From the IMG/VR virus record IMGVR_UViG_3300023705_000157: a stretch of 64,000 nt of DNA. One strand, given 5' to 3'. The translations under genes were made by a program, and so were the position numbers. Positions 27,106 through 36,884 of the stretch are shown here, in pieces; positions within the stretch are counted from its first letter, which is position 1, and each line of letters opens with the position of its first letter. Under the pieces are notes generated by a model. It had not been told where the DNA came from, did not search any database, and saw only the letters and a list, made by a program, of their open reading frames with translations. This DNA is from an uncultured virus (IMG/VR IMGVR_UViG_3300023705_000157). Lineage: Duplodnaviria; Heunggongvirae; Uroviricota; Caudoviricetes.

Positions 27106-27307
27106 TGAGTGAGGCGAGAAACTTGTGCGGCGTGACGCCCTCGGCCTCGGCCATGGCCTTGATCTTCTCCCCCAGAGGCTCGGGCAGTTGGATGTTGAAT
27201 TTCATGTGCGGGGTGCGGCCCCGCAGTGTGCCCTTGGGGCGGCCTGCGTTGGGGCGGTAGCCTCCCCGGCTGCCCTTGGGCGCGTTTTCCGTTTTTTCGT
27301 CTGCCAT
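27083..27307 (-). CDS. Small ribbon-helix-helix-like DNA-binding protein
   Basis: RGGYRPNAGRPKG followed by a strand-helix-helix pattern. Confidence 0.7.
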   Translation of the reverse strand: MADEKTENAPKGSRGGYRPNAGRPKGTLRGRTPHMKFNIQLPEPLGEKIKAMAEAEGVTPHKFLASLITRALNG

Positions 27308-27317
27308 GTCGGGCCTT

Positions 27318-27713
27318 CTATGCGATGACTTCCGGGCCAAACTGGGAAAGAATATTCGTCCGCAGGCTGTCCCATTGTAAAGCTATTTCCATCTCAATGC
27401 GGGCCTGTTTGGCCTTGTAGTCACGGATTCCGGGCGGGAAGCCTACCACATATTTCTGTGGGTCTATGCTATCCAGCCAGGCCTTGACGGCGACCGCGTC
27501 GGCCTCGACTACGGCTGCATGAAAGATGTTTTCTTCCTGATTCCAGGCTGTATGATACTCAACGGCGATGACGCGGCGGCCGCTTTTCAGATCCACCACT
27601 CGGGCCTCAAACCAGCGCGTGGACTTTTCCTTGGCTGTGGTAAAGAGGGCGGCAAGCTCGCCCTCGCATTGCAACGGCCTGTCGCCCCTGCGTTTGAAAA
27701 TAAAGGTCGCCAT
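27318..27713 (-). CDS. Hypothetical protein
   Basis: 131-aa ORF behind a sigma70-like promoter. Confidence 0.7.
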   Translation of the reverse strand: MATFIFKRRGDRPLQCEGELAALFTTAKEKSTRWFEARVVDLKSGRRVIAVEYHTAWNQEENIFHAAVVEADAVAVKAWLDSIDPQKYVVGFPPGIRDYKAKQARIEMEIALQWDSLRTNILSQFGPEVIA

Positions 27714-27870
27714 GCTCCATCCTTCATCCCGTTTGCCGGGTTCCTATTGCAGGCGGGGGCATCCCCTCCTTGCGGTGTTGAGTATGCGGCATTTATGATT
27801 ATTCATCAAGATAAAAAATCTGGGGGGGGGGGCCCCCCCCCCCCCCCCCCCGCGCAGTTGTCGGCAGACT

Positions 27871-28734
27871 TTATGCAATGACGATCTGCTTGCCGAGAAT
27901 GTAGTCCGCAGCCTTCTTCGCCTGCCCGGCGGCAGTTACGGCCAGCTTCTTGTCCCCCTTGAGGGTCTTGATCCAGCCTTGCAGATAGGCGGCGCTGTTT
28001 TCCAGCGTGGCCGTTGCAATACGACAATGGGCACACAAGAAAGCCGCCGTCATCTCGGCCACCAGTTCCTCCTTGCTGTATGTGGGGTCGCCGAAGTAGT
28101 GTGCTTCGGTGACGCCGGGGCGGCACAGGCGGCTTTCATGCCCGGTAGCGTGCCCCAACTCGTGAAACAGGGTGGAATAGAACTCTTCCCGCTTCTGATA
28201 GCGATTGATCTCCGGCACGCGCACCGTATCCGCCAAAGGCGAATAATAGGCGCGCCCGCCGCCGAACTCCACCACGGGGCGGTTCGGCATGGCAAGCTGC
28301 ACGGCTTCTGCTTCTTCAATGGGCTTCTGGTGGTAGGTCTGCACCTTTGGCACATCCGGTGTTTCGATGTCTTCGCACTGCTCGGCATTGAATACCGTAT
28401 AGTAGCGCAGAACAGGCAGAACGCGCTTGCCGTCTTCGGTCTGGGCATCTTCCTTTTCGTACATCTTCCAGAAAATTACGGGCATTCCCTTTTCGCCCTT
28501 GCGAACGTGTCCGCCCCTCTCCTGGGCCTGCTTGTAGGTCAGCCAATAAGGGTTTTCGTAGGGGCAAGCGTTCAGTAAGAAATGATTGATGCCCGAATAC
28601 TCCTTACCGCTTACAAGATTGCAAGGGGGCAAGAATGTTTCAGCATCGTTCCAAGGCTTGCGCCAAGGGGCAACGCCCTTTTCAAGTAATTCAACAATCC
28701 GATCCGTCACAATCTGATAAACGTCTGCGCTCAT
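27871..28734 (-). CDS. ardC: ArdC-family antirestriction ssDNA-binding protein / zincin
   Basis: PWRKPW, YSGIN, WLTYKQA, VRKGEKG, VFNAEQ, HELGHATGH, EELVAE. Confidence 0.93.
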   Translation of the reverse strand: MSADVYQIVTDRIVELLEKGVAPWRKPWNDAETFLPPCNLVSGKEYSGINHFLLNACPYENPYWLTYKQAQERGGHVRKGEKGMPVIFWKMYEKEDAQTEDGKRVLPVLRYYTVFNAEQCEDIETPDVPKVQTYHQKPIEEAEAVQLAMPNRPVVEFGGGRAYYSPLADTVRVPEINRYQKREEFYSTLFHELGHATGHESRLCRPGVTEAHYFGDPTYSKEELVAEMTAAFLCAHCRIATATLENSAAYLQGWIKTLKGDKKLAVTAAGQAKKAADYILGKQIVIA

Positions 28735-29080
28735 CCGAAAACTCCTTGCCTTGTCCGGCTCTCGGCGGCCGGTCAGCCCTCGGGGCCCTTCCCCCTCTCG
28801 TTGAAAACAAAATAAGTCTGTATTGATTAAAAGTCAAGATAAAAAATCAAAAAAGACAAATTTTTGGGGGGGGACGAACCTGCCCCCCCACGATTACGCT
28901 CTTGCTAGTCAATAGCGGCCCTAATGGCGGCACTTTCTTTGTGCTGGTCGGCAAAATCCCGCAAGGCCCAATAGGCATCCGCATACTTCTGCGAACGTCC
29001 GGCCATGTCGCAAAGCGCAAAAAGCGTTATAATGTCAAGACAATAAATCAAACATCACAGAAAATTGCCCCCATTGCTGA

Positions 29081-29162
29081 AAACCTGTCAACCCCTCTCC
29101 AAGCGTCTCTAATCGTCCCTGACCGTCTATCAGGCATTCTCCCTTTTTCCCCGTGGTAGACT
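29081..29162 (+). promoter_or_regulatory. Putative late promoter 1 (lysis operon)
   Basis: Aligns without gaps to 38461-38542; three 10-bp CGTC repeats; extended -10 TGgTAGACT. Confidence 0.75.
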
Positions 29163-29187
29163 TCCGCCAAACGGCCGGAGGTATGCC

Positions 29188-29796
29188 ATGATGTCTTTCC
29201 CCGAAGATTTCCGCGTTGCAAATGCCTTTACGCAAAAGTGGGAGCGTGGGTACGTCAACCATCCCAACGATCCGGGCGGCGCGACCTATAACGGCGTCTC
29301 CCTGCGCTTCCTCAAGCAGACCGGCATCGACATCAACGGAGACGGGCACATTGACATTCAGGACATCCTGACCCTCTACCGTAACAAGGATCAGGCCCGC
29401 GTCGACCAAATCTTTTTCCGCGCTTTCTGGCGTGACCCCATGCTGGAACGCTATATCTCCCTGCCCATTCAGTGTGTCGTCTACGATACCAATGTGAACA
29501 CGGGACGCACACGCTCTGTCCGCTGCCTCCAAGAGGGCGTGAATGCCTTGGCTGGAAAGGCGCTTCTTGCCATTGACGGGGCATGTGGCCCCCTGACGCT
29601 GCAAGCTGTCCGTGACCATATCAACGCCGGGAAGGGGCTTGCCTTGGCCGAAGCCGCCATTGAAGCCCGCCTCGCCTTCCATAACTTGCTTGTCGCCAAG
29701 TCTCCCTATCCCGATGGACGTGATTACCGCCCGTTCGCCCAGGGATGGCGGAACCGTTGCGAAGACCTCCGCAAGTATGTCCGGGGGCTCAAGTAA
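29188..29796 (+). CDS. Endolysin, GH108 family
   Basis: ERGYVNHPNDPGGATYNGV, DGACGPLT, FAQGWRNR. Confidence 0.92.
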   Translation: MMSFPEDFRVANAFTQKWERGYVNHPNDPGGATYNGVSLRFLKQTGIDINGDGHIDIQDILTLYRNKDQARVDQIFFRAFWRDPMLERYISLPIQCVVYDTNVNTGRTRSVRCLQEGVNALAGKALLAIDGACGPLTLQAVRDHINAGKGLALAEAAIEARLAFHNLLVAKSPYPDGRDYRPFAQGWRNRCEDLRKYVRGLK

Positions 29797-30164
29797 TGGG
29801 CCGCGTGTGGCTGGCATTTGGCGGGAGCGTCCTCGTGCTGCTGTGCCTCATCGGTGTAGTGGCCCGGCATAGCTGGAAACTGGAGACGCGGTTGGAAGAA
29901 CGTCTCAAGGTTGCGCTTTCCCAAATCGTCCTTTTGCACAAGGCGCAAGATTTGACGGACACCACAGAGGCCAATGCCCTGGCAGCAAGAAAGGTGCAAG
30001 ATGCGGAAAATCAGAAGCGTTCAGCGCGGACGGAATGCGTCCTACGCGACAATGGTGTGTGGAGTGGCGTTGTGCTGCCTGATGACGTTATCCGGTTGCT
30101 CCGGCAGGGCTCAAATAGCAACGGAACCTGTACGATTCCTCCCCCCGGTGATGCTTCTCGATGA
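29796..30164 (+). CDS. Rz-like i-spanin
   Basis: N-terminal TM, coiled coil, LPDDVIRLL C-terminus; overlaps a lipoprotein gene. Confidence 0.75.
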   Translation: MGRVWLAFGGSVLVLLCLIGVVARHSWKLETRLEERLKVALSQIVLLHKAQDLTDTTEANALAARKVQDAENQKRSARTECVLRDNGVWSGVVLPDDVIRLLRQGSNSNGTCTIPPPGDASR

Positions 30165-30330
30165 CTGTCCGTTGCCCCCCCGCGACGGAGCCCAAACAGT
30201 CGGCGATCTGGTTCGGATCGTGATTGCCGATGAAGCCGCCATCAAAGCCCACAACGTCAACATGAAGGCCTTGCGCGAGTACAGGGCCAATATGCTGCAA
30301 CTGGAGGGCGACAATGGAAAGGACAACTGA
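30001..30330 (+). CDS. Rz1-like o-spanin lipoprotein
   Basis: Lipobox LSGC, Pro-rich PPVMLLDDCPLP; start uncertain. Confidence 0.75.
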   Translation: MRKIRSVQRGRNASYATMVCGVALCCLMTLSGCSGRAQIATEPVRFLPPVMLLDDCPLPPRDGAQTVGDLVRIVIADEAAIKAHNVNMKALREYRANMLQLEGDNGKDN

Positions 30331-30766
30331 CATGAACATGATTCCTTCGGATGGAAGCGACGGCGCACAGCAGTATATTTCGGCAATCATTGGGGCTTGG
30401 CCCATTTTCGTCTTCTCCGGGGGCGCAGCTTTTTTCTTCGGGCTGCGTCGCATCAAGAGCGGCTTTAAGCAACGGACGTTCCTGCAAATCTTCGGGAACC
30501 TCATATTGCAGACTATCACATGCGGCTGCATCGGCGGCGGCGCTGCCATGCTGGCACCCGTGTTTATCAGCACGATCACGCCCGAGATTCAGCTTGGCAT
30601 AGCCCTCTTTTTTGGCGTGTTCGGTACGGGAGCTGTGGCTACGTTCATGCGGGCCAAGTTCGGTCTCAAGATCGTCGACCTTATGGATGCCGACGACATG
30701 AACGCCATCCGCGACGCCATGCCGGAAAGGGAAAAGGGCGAGATAGACAAGCCGGAGAATGAATAG
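30314..30766 (+). CDS. Putative holin
   Basis: Three hydrophobic segments and a charged C-terminus; within the lysis cassette. Confidence 0.7.
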   Translation: MERTTDMNMIPSDGSDGAQQYISAIIGAWPIFVFSGGAAFFFGLRRIKSGFKQRTFLQIFGNLILQTITCGCIGGGAAMLAPVFISTITPEIQLGIALFFGVFGTGAVATFMRAKFGLKIVDLMDADDMNAIRDAMPEREKGEIDKPENE

Positions 30767-30989
30767 CTGTTCTTTCGAGAGTTGCGCGGCGGCAGGCCCC
30801 CCGGCCGCCTATCGGCCCCTATGCCGGGCGTAAAGGATAAACGGGCGCGGTTTTTCAAGGGCTGCATATCGACGACGGGTAGCAGCCGCCTCTCGCGGGG
30901 AAGCGGTCGGCAGAGCATCCGCAGGGGCAACCGCTCCATGGCCCGATATATCGCGCAACGTAGGCAATTAGTTTTTTCGGGGGGCTCGT

Positions 30990-31190
30990 ATGCGCATTGA
31001 AAACCAGCAGTATTGCCCGGAATCCTGCCTGCATCTGGAAAAGGGCATTTGCCGCCTCTCCTGTGCCGACACTTCAAAGCCTCCATGTCCCCTTGAAAAA
31101 ATGGTCATACGCGAGGCCATTATTGCCCTTGGCGGAGAGCCGAAGTCCGACACCGCGACCAAGCATAAGAAGCTGCAACCGAAGCGATAA
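30990..31190 (+). CDS. Small Cys-containing hypothetical protein
   Basis: CPESC...C...C...C. Confidence 0.4.
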   Translation: MRIENQQYCPESCLHLEKGICRLSCADTSKPPCPLEKMVIREAIIALGGEPKSDTATKHKKLQPKR

Positions 31191-31316
31191 GCGGAGAAGT
31201 GCTTGAAGCGGCAGGCCGGAACATCTGGAAACCCGCGCGTGAAGCCGTTGCAAACGCGCTGTTTCATATCGGCAGAGGCAGTTTTTTGAAACAACCTCAT
31301 GGAAAGGAGCGACGCT

Positions 31317-31517
31317 ATGCCTCCCATGAACCCCAACTCCATCCGCTCCCGCATCAACGCGGCCACCGGTGCAGGACGGCGCACTGCACGGATCAGTTCG
31401 CCCGTCGGCAACCAGGCCAGGGCCATGCGTTCCGCCAGCGTGTTCATGTCCCAGCGCCCCACGGCGCGGATGCGAACAGTGGCCCGCCGCCGTTCTCTGG
31501 GCGGGGCCGGGGGCTAA
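31317..31517 (+). CDS. Small Arg-rich peptide ending in GGAGG
   Basis: AAGGAG SD; 66 aa; stop 3 nt before the PP-loop gene. Confidence 0.65.
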   Translation: MPPMNPNSIRSRINAATGAGRRTARISSPVGNQARAMRSASVFMSQRPTARMRTVARRRSLGGAGG

Positions 31518-31520
31518 CCA

Positions 31521-32204
31521 TTGGCTGGCCTCCCGCTTTTTCGTTCCGTCGAAACAGCGGCGGCCATAACTGACAGTGTGCTTGTAGCTTTTTCAGGCGG
31601 CAAGGATTCTGTCGTCACCCTCGACGTGTGCATGCGTCACTTTGCGCACGTCGAGGGCTTTTTCATGTTCCAAGTGCGGGGCCTTTCTTTTCAAGAATCC
31701 ATCCTGCGGTACTACGAGGACAAATACGGCATTCCGATCCACCGCATACCGCATTTCGAGCTTTCGCAATGGCTGCGCTATGGATTGTTCCGGCCTTATG
31801 ACTTTGACTGCCCCATTGTGAGCGTCAAGGAGACTTACGACTATATGCGCGACAATACGGGCATCTGGTGGATTGCGGCGGGCGAACGCATAACTGACAG
31901 CGTATGGCGCAGGGCCATGATCAAACACTCCGGCACCATTGACGAAAAAAGAGGTCGTTTTTTCCCCATCGCTGAATGGCGCAAAGATGACGTACGGGCC
32001 TACATCCGGCAGCGACGCCTCAAGGTAGGCGTGGAATCAAGCAAATTGGGTTTTTCTTTCCGTTCCCTTATGGGCCACGACCTGATGCAGATTCAAAAAT
32101 ACTTCCCCGCTGATTATGCGAAGATCCGGCGGTGGTTTCCTCTGGTGGATGCTTCCATCATTCACCAGCAGATGAAGGACGCAAGAGATGTCCCAGCAAA
32201 GTAA
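31521..32204 (+). CDS. PAPS-reductase-like PP-loop ATPase (adenine nucleotide alpha-hydrolase)
   Basis: AFSGGKDS, GERITDSVWRR, PIAEW. Confidence 0.85.
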   Translation: MAGLPLFRSVETAAAITDSVLVAFSGGKDSVVTLDVCMRHFAHVEGFFMFQVRGLSFQESILRYYEDKYGIPIHRIPHFELSQWLRYGLFRPYDFDCPIVSVKETYDYMRDNTGIWWIAAGERITDSVWRRAMIKHSGTIDEKRGRFFPIAEWRKDDVRAYIRQRRLKVGVESSKLGFSFRSLMGHDLMQIQKYFPADYAKIRRWFPLVDASIIHQQMKDARDVPAK

Positions 32205-32859
32205 ATTTCAGCATTTTGAGATGGACACTGTGCGGCGCGACCATATCCGGGGCGCTGAATACAACCCGCGTGTTATATCCGATGACGCCAAGAAACGCCT
32301 ACGCAAGATGATTGCCAAGCATGGCCTCGTACAGCCCCTTGTGTGGAACAAACGCACTGGCAACCTTGTTGCTGGGCACCAGCGCCTCGCTGCCCTTGAC
32401 GTGCTCGAACGCTCCCAGAGCTACGATCTGCAAGTTGCCGTCATTGACGTGAGCGAACGCGAGGAGCGCGTTCTGAATGTGCAGCTCAACAATCCATCAA
32501 TGCAGGGCGAATGGGATTTGGACAAACTCGCGGCCCTGACTGAAGAGGCCAGCATTGCGCCCGAAGAATTTGGCTTCTCCGACGGTGACATCGCGGTCAT
32601 GTTTGGCGACAACGGCCCGCTTGACGACCTGATGAACGATGCCCAGGGCGTCACAGACGCAAAGAGTACACTGAAAGAAATCAAGCAGCACCGAGCCGAA
32701 AGTATGGCGAAGATGCAAGAGGCGCAGAGGGCAGATTTTTACTTCACTGTTGTATGCGAAACGGAAGAGCAAAAAAAGGCCATTCTCAAAGCCCTTGGGA
32801 CTCCCGAATGGGAGAGCTTTGTGAATGGCCGTGTCCTAGCAGGCAGTCTTGGGGTCTAG
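32188..32859 (+). CDS. ParB/Srx N-terminal domain protein
   Basis: YNPRVI, GLVQPLVWN, VAGHQRL. Confidence 0.88.
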   Translation: MSQQSKFQHFEMDTVRRDHIRGAEYNPRVISDDAKKRLRKMIAKHGLVQPLVWNKRTGNLVAGHQRLAALDVLERSQSYDLQVAVIDVSEREERVLNVQLNNPSMQGEWDLDKLAALTEEASIAPEEFGFSDGDIAVMFGDNGPLDDLMNDAQGVTDAKSTLKEIKQHRAESMAKMQEAQRADFYFTVVCETEEQKKAILKALGTPEWESFVNGRVLAGSLGV

Positions 32860-33293
32860 GCCAGCGTCGGCATAAGGCCTTTCGCTGAAAGGTAATCGCA
32901 ATGGTCGGCGTATTCCGAGGGCAGACGATGCAGCAAGGTATCCTCCACGTCATACAGATTGAGCCGCCCTTTCACTGCAAATGGGACGATCTCATACAGC
33001 TTTTTGACATGCCAAGCGTACCCCTGCAACACTGCCTCAATGATTTCGGGGTCATCTGGCAGAAAGGCGGCCTCCACATCGACCTTTTCCATGCGGCGGA
33101 TGTCCAGAAGTTCCACCACCCCCAAGGCCATGCCCCCGGGGGCGACCATGCCGTCATTGATCTCAACATCGCCTTGGCTCGAACAAATCAGCAGCGGCCC
33201 CCTATGCGGGGTTTTCCAGCTCCGGCATTCCACCGTTTTATGCCCGGCAGCCACCAAAGACGCCCAGGGCTGTTTTATCGAAATTGCTTTCAT
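32856..33293 (-). CDS. ASCH domain protein
   Basis: AISIKQPWASLVAAGHKTVECRSW...RGPLLI. Confidence 0.9.
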   Translation of the reverse strand: MKAISIKQPWASLVAAGHKTVECRSWKTPHRGPLLICSSQGDVEINDGMVAPGGMALGVVELLDIRRMEKVDVEAAFLPDDPEIIEAVLQGYAWHVKKLYEIVPFAVKGRLNLYDVEDTLLHRLPSEYADHCDYLSAKGLMPTLA

Positions 33294-33362
33294 TCTATAC
33301 GCTCCAATTTTTTTTATTGTATCAACTCTTTTGATAAAATCAAGAGATCATAGGGACAGTCT

Positions 33363-33995
33363 ATGCAATGCACGGCGAAGTCAAAACGCACTGGTGAGCG
33401 GTGCAAACGGATGGCAACAAAGGGAATGCGCGTGTGCCGTGTGCATGGTGGCGTTTCTACAAGTGGCGCACCCAAAGGCAATAAAAATGCGCTTAAATGT
33501 GGTCAGTTTGAGACTATCACCCGTGAAACAATGTTTGATGATGAAATAGAATATGCTGATTCCGTCAATCTTGACCCTGTAAAAATGCTTGAAGAACAAA
33601 TACGAGTTCTCCGTGTGAAAGAACGAAGGCTTGCCATTCGCATGAAAAATGCTCTTGTTGCAGAACAAGAGGCAGGCAAGGAGGACAATGCGGGCAAGAA
33701 AAAGCCAAGCACTGTCATGCTCACGGTATCAACAACACAGACACAGAATTTCGATGGCGCAACCAGCAAGACCGTAACGAGCAATTCCGAAACGCATGCC
33801 ATGTACTATCTGCGGCTTGAAGCTGCGCACACGCAAGTCATGGAACAGATACGCCGCGCCTCTGACAACTTGGCACGGTTGCGGGCAGAACAAGGTAGTG
33901 ATGATGAAGCGCCGTCCTCCATATTGGTGCAGATCGTTGACGGCCGCAGAGCAAATGAAGAAGGCAATACCGAAACTGCGGGGCCAGAGGAATGA
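33363..33995 (+). CDS. Terminase small subunit (HGGxST domain)
   Basis: CRVHGGVST, GAPKGNKNALK; precedes the large subunit. Confidence 0.85.
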   Translation: MQCTAKSKRTGERCKRMATKGMRVCRVHGGVSTSGAPKGNKNALKCGQFETITRETMFDDEIEYADSVNLDPVKMLEEQIRVLRVKERRLAIRMKNALVAEQEAGKEDNAGKKKPSTVMLTVSTTQTQNFDGATSKTVTSNSETHAMYYLRLEAAHTQVMEQIRRASDNLARLRAEQGSDDEAPSSILVQIVDGRRANEEGNTETAGPEE

Positions 33996-35302
33996 GGGTA
34001 ATCCAGCCGACATTGAACATCCCGCAGGCGGAGTTTCTTGGCATGCGCAAGAAGTTCAAGGCCTATGTGGCCGGTTTCGGCGCAGGCAAAACCTGGGCGG
34101 GCTGTGCCGGGCTGGCGCGGCACTTCTACGAGTGGCCGGGGATAGCCGCAGGCTACTTCGCGCCCACCTATCCGCACATCCGCGACATCTTCTATCCCAC
34201 TGTGGCGGAATGCTTCGAGCAATGGGGGTTGAATGTCGTCATCAAGCAGTCCGCGCATGAAGTGTTTGTTTACCAAGGCAAGACGCTGCGGGGCATAATC
34301 AAATGCCGCTCCATGGACAAGCCGGAGAGCATCATCGGCTTCAAAATCGGTCATGCCCTGATAGACGAAATCGACGTGATGCCCACGGACAAGGCCGAAG
34401 TGGCATGGCGCAAGATTCTTGCCCGTATGCGGTACAATGTGCCCGGCCTGCGCAACGGAATTGACGTTACGACCACTCCCGAGGGCTTCAAGTTCGTCTA
34501 TCAGCAGTTCGCCAAAGGGCCGCGTGACAACCCAGAAAACGCCAAACTATACGGCCTGATTCAGGCCAGCACATACCACAACGAAGTCAACCTCCCGCCG
34601 GACTACATCCCGTCCATGTTGCGCTCCTACCCTGCGCAGCTCATTGACGCCTACATTAACGGCGAGTTTGTCAATCTTGTTTCAGGCACGATCTACAACG
34701 CATTCAAACGGGCAGCGAACAGCACAGATGCGGTCATTCAGCCTGGCGAAATTCTGTATATCGGCATGGATTTCAACGTCGGCAAGATGGCTGCCGTGGT
34801 GCATGTGAAGCGTAACGGCCTGCCTTGCGCCGTGGATGAGATTGTAAACGGGTACGACACTCCCGACATGATCCGCCGGATTCAGGAACGCTACTGGAGG
34901 TTTGAAAACGGCGATTATGTCCCGACATGCCAGATACGGATATACCCTGATGCCTCCGGCGATTCCCGGCGCTCCGTGAACGCCAGCGCCACAGACATTG
35001 CCCTGCTGAAGAAGGCCAGATTCATGGTCTGCGCCCAGAATGCGAACCCGCCCGTCAAAGATCGGATTAACGCCATGAACGCCATGTTCTGCAATGCAAT
35101 GGGAGAACGCCGTTATTTGGTGAATCCCGAGATGTGCCCCACATACGTTGAGGCATTGGAACAACAGCCCTGGGCCCCGAACGGAGAACCAGACAAAACC
35201 ACAGGCCATGACCATATCAACGACGCTGCCGGGTATTTCATCGTCAAGGATTACCCTATTGTGAAGCGCACTGTTTCTGCCCTGCGGTATTCAACGGTAT
35301 AG
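33992..35302 (+). CDS. Terminase large subunit
   Basis: AGFGAGKT, IDEID, TTTPEG, GMDFN, DHINDA. Confidence 0.96.
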   Translation: MRVIQPTLNIPQAEFLGMRKKFKAYVAGFGAGKTWAGCAGLARHFYEWPGIAAGYFAPTYPHIRDIFYPTVAECFEQWGLNVVIKQSAHEVFVYQGKTLRGIIKCRSMDKPESIIGFKIGHALIDEIDVMPTDKAEVAWRKILARMRYNVPGLRNGIDVTTTPEGFKFVYQQFAKGPRDNPENAKLYGLIQASTYHNEVNLPPDYIPSMLRSYPAQLIDAYINGEFVNLVSGTIYNAFKRAANSTDAVIQPGEILYIGMDFNVGKMAAVVHVKRNGLPCAVDEIVNGYDTPDMIRRIQERYWRFENGDYVPTCQIRIYPDASGDSRRSVNASATDIALLKKARFMVCAQNANPPVKDRINAMNAMFCNAMGERRYLVNPEMCPTYVEALEQQPWAPNGEPDKTTGHDHINDAAGYFIVKDYPIVKRTVSALRYSTV

Positions 35303-35315
35303 AGAGGTTGTTACT

Positions 35316-36884
35316 ATGCTCACCAACATAGCCCCCCACACTGCGGTCGGTAAAAACGCAAAAATTGATACTCCGAGCACGGCATTCCAGCGGCAACACC
35401 GCGACATCGCGCCATGCCATGACCTCATGGGCGGTACGGAATCCATGCGTCGGGCTGGCGTTACCTACATCATCAAGGAACAGGGGGAGGATGACAGCAG
35501 CCATCAAGCCAGAGTAAAGCGTACCGTGCTGCGGAATATCTTTGCCCAGACTGTCAGTTATAGCCGGGGGCAGGTCTTTTCACGGCAAGTTTCCATCGAC
35601 GCAGCCGACGGCAATATGACAGACGAAAATCTGGACAGATTCAAAGCCTGGGCGGAGAACGTCGATCAGCGTGGGCACAATCTCACGGCATGGGGCGGGG
35701 AAACCTTCAAGCAAGGGCTCGTCGATGGCGTCATCTTTGCGTTTGTCGACTATCCGTACATCGAAACCGAACGTCGTGAAAACGGCGTCACAGAATACCG
35801 CACACAAAATGGGGAATGGCGGCGGAAAACCGCCGCCGCTGACAAAGCTGAAGGCTGGCAGCCGTATCTTGTGCTTGTGCCCGCTGCACAGGTGCTTGAA
35901 TGTCGTGGGGAGTGGCAGGGCAATCGGCATATCCTCACGCATTTCCGCTTCATCGAGGAAAAAATGGAACCTGTCGACGGGAATCCATGGGGCGAGCAGC
36001 GGGTACAATACATCCGGGCTTACTGGCCTGACCATTGGGAGGTGTATGTCAAACGTGAAGGAGAGACTGACTTCACAAAAGATAAAGAGGGGCGCTTGAG
36101 CCTGAAAGAGATCCCCGTGGCTATTTTCATGCCGGGGGAACAGCGTACCAGCTACACGGCCCGTCCCGCACTCATGGATCTGGCGTGGCTGAATATCCGG
36201 CACTGGCAGGCCACCAGCGAGCAGTATGATTTGCTGTCGTTTGCCCGTCGGCCGCCGTGGTATATCTCCGGGGTGGATGAAACCGACAACCTGGACGAAA
36301 ACGGCAAGCCGAAGCCCCTAGAGTTCGGCCCCGGCAAGGTATTCTACCTTCCCCAAGGCGGGCAGATGGGAAGCGCTGGCGTCAATCCGGCCAGTATTGA
36401 AGCAGGCCGCCAAGACCTGAAAGACCTTGAAGAAGCCATGGCTGCCTATGGCCTGCAACTCCTGCAAACGCCTACCGGCAACCGCACCGCAACCCAGGTG
36501 GAACGCGAGGGGCGAGAGAACAACTCCACCTTGCGAAATTGGGCCTTGGATTTTCAGGATTTTCTTGAAAACTGCCTTCGTCTGGTGGGCCTCTGGTGGG
36601 GCCTTGACGATGGGCCCAGTGCCAAGGTCAACGATGATTTTGCCCGGAACGCCAATGTCGAATACCTGATGAGGTTGTACGACAAGTCCCTGATCAGCAA
36701 GGAGACCATGGCAAATTTGATGACCCGCGCGGGCATCCTGCCTGATGATTTTGATTATGAGGATGAGGCGGCACGCATCGCGCAAGACCTCGGTGTCAAC
36801 GGAGGCTCCAACTTCAGCACCACATTAAGCCAACACCTCAAGGGCATGGGCACTGTCCCGCCGCAGGGGGGCAGTGAAGCATGA
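35316..36884 (+). CDS. Portal protein (DUF4055-like)
   Basis: Size and position; LMDLAWLNIRHWQ, TATQ. Confidence 0.88.
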   Translation: MLTNIAPHTAVGKNAKIDTPSTAFQRQHRDIAPCHDLMGGTESMRRAGVTYIIKEQGEDDSSHQARVKRTVLRNIFAQTVSYSRGQVFSRQVSIDAADGNMTDENLDRFKAWAENVDQRGHNLTAWGGETFKQGLVDGVIFAFVDYPYIETERRENGVTEYRTQNGEWRRKTAAADKAEGWQPYLVLVPAAQVLECRGEWQGNRHILTHFRFIEEKMEPVDGNPWGEQRVQYIRAYWPDHWEVYVKREGETDFTKDKEGRLSLKEIPVAIFMPGEQRTSYTARPALMDLAWLNIRHWQATSEQYDLLSFARRPPWYISGVDETDNLDENGKPKPLEFGPGKVFYLPQGGQMGSAGVNPASIEAGRQDLKDLEEAMAAYGLQLLQTPTGNRTATQVEREGRENNSTLRNWALDFQDFLENCLRLVGLWWGLDDGPSAKVNDDFARNANVEYLMRLYDKSLISKETMANLMTRAGILPDDFDYEDEAARIAQDLGVNGGSNFSTTLSQHLKGMGTVPPQGGSEA

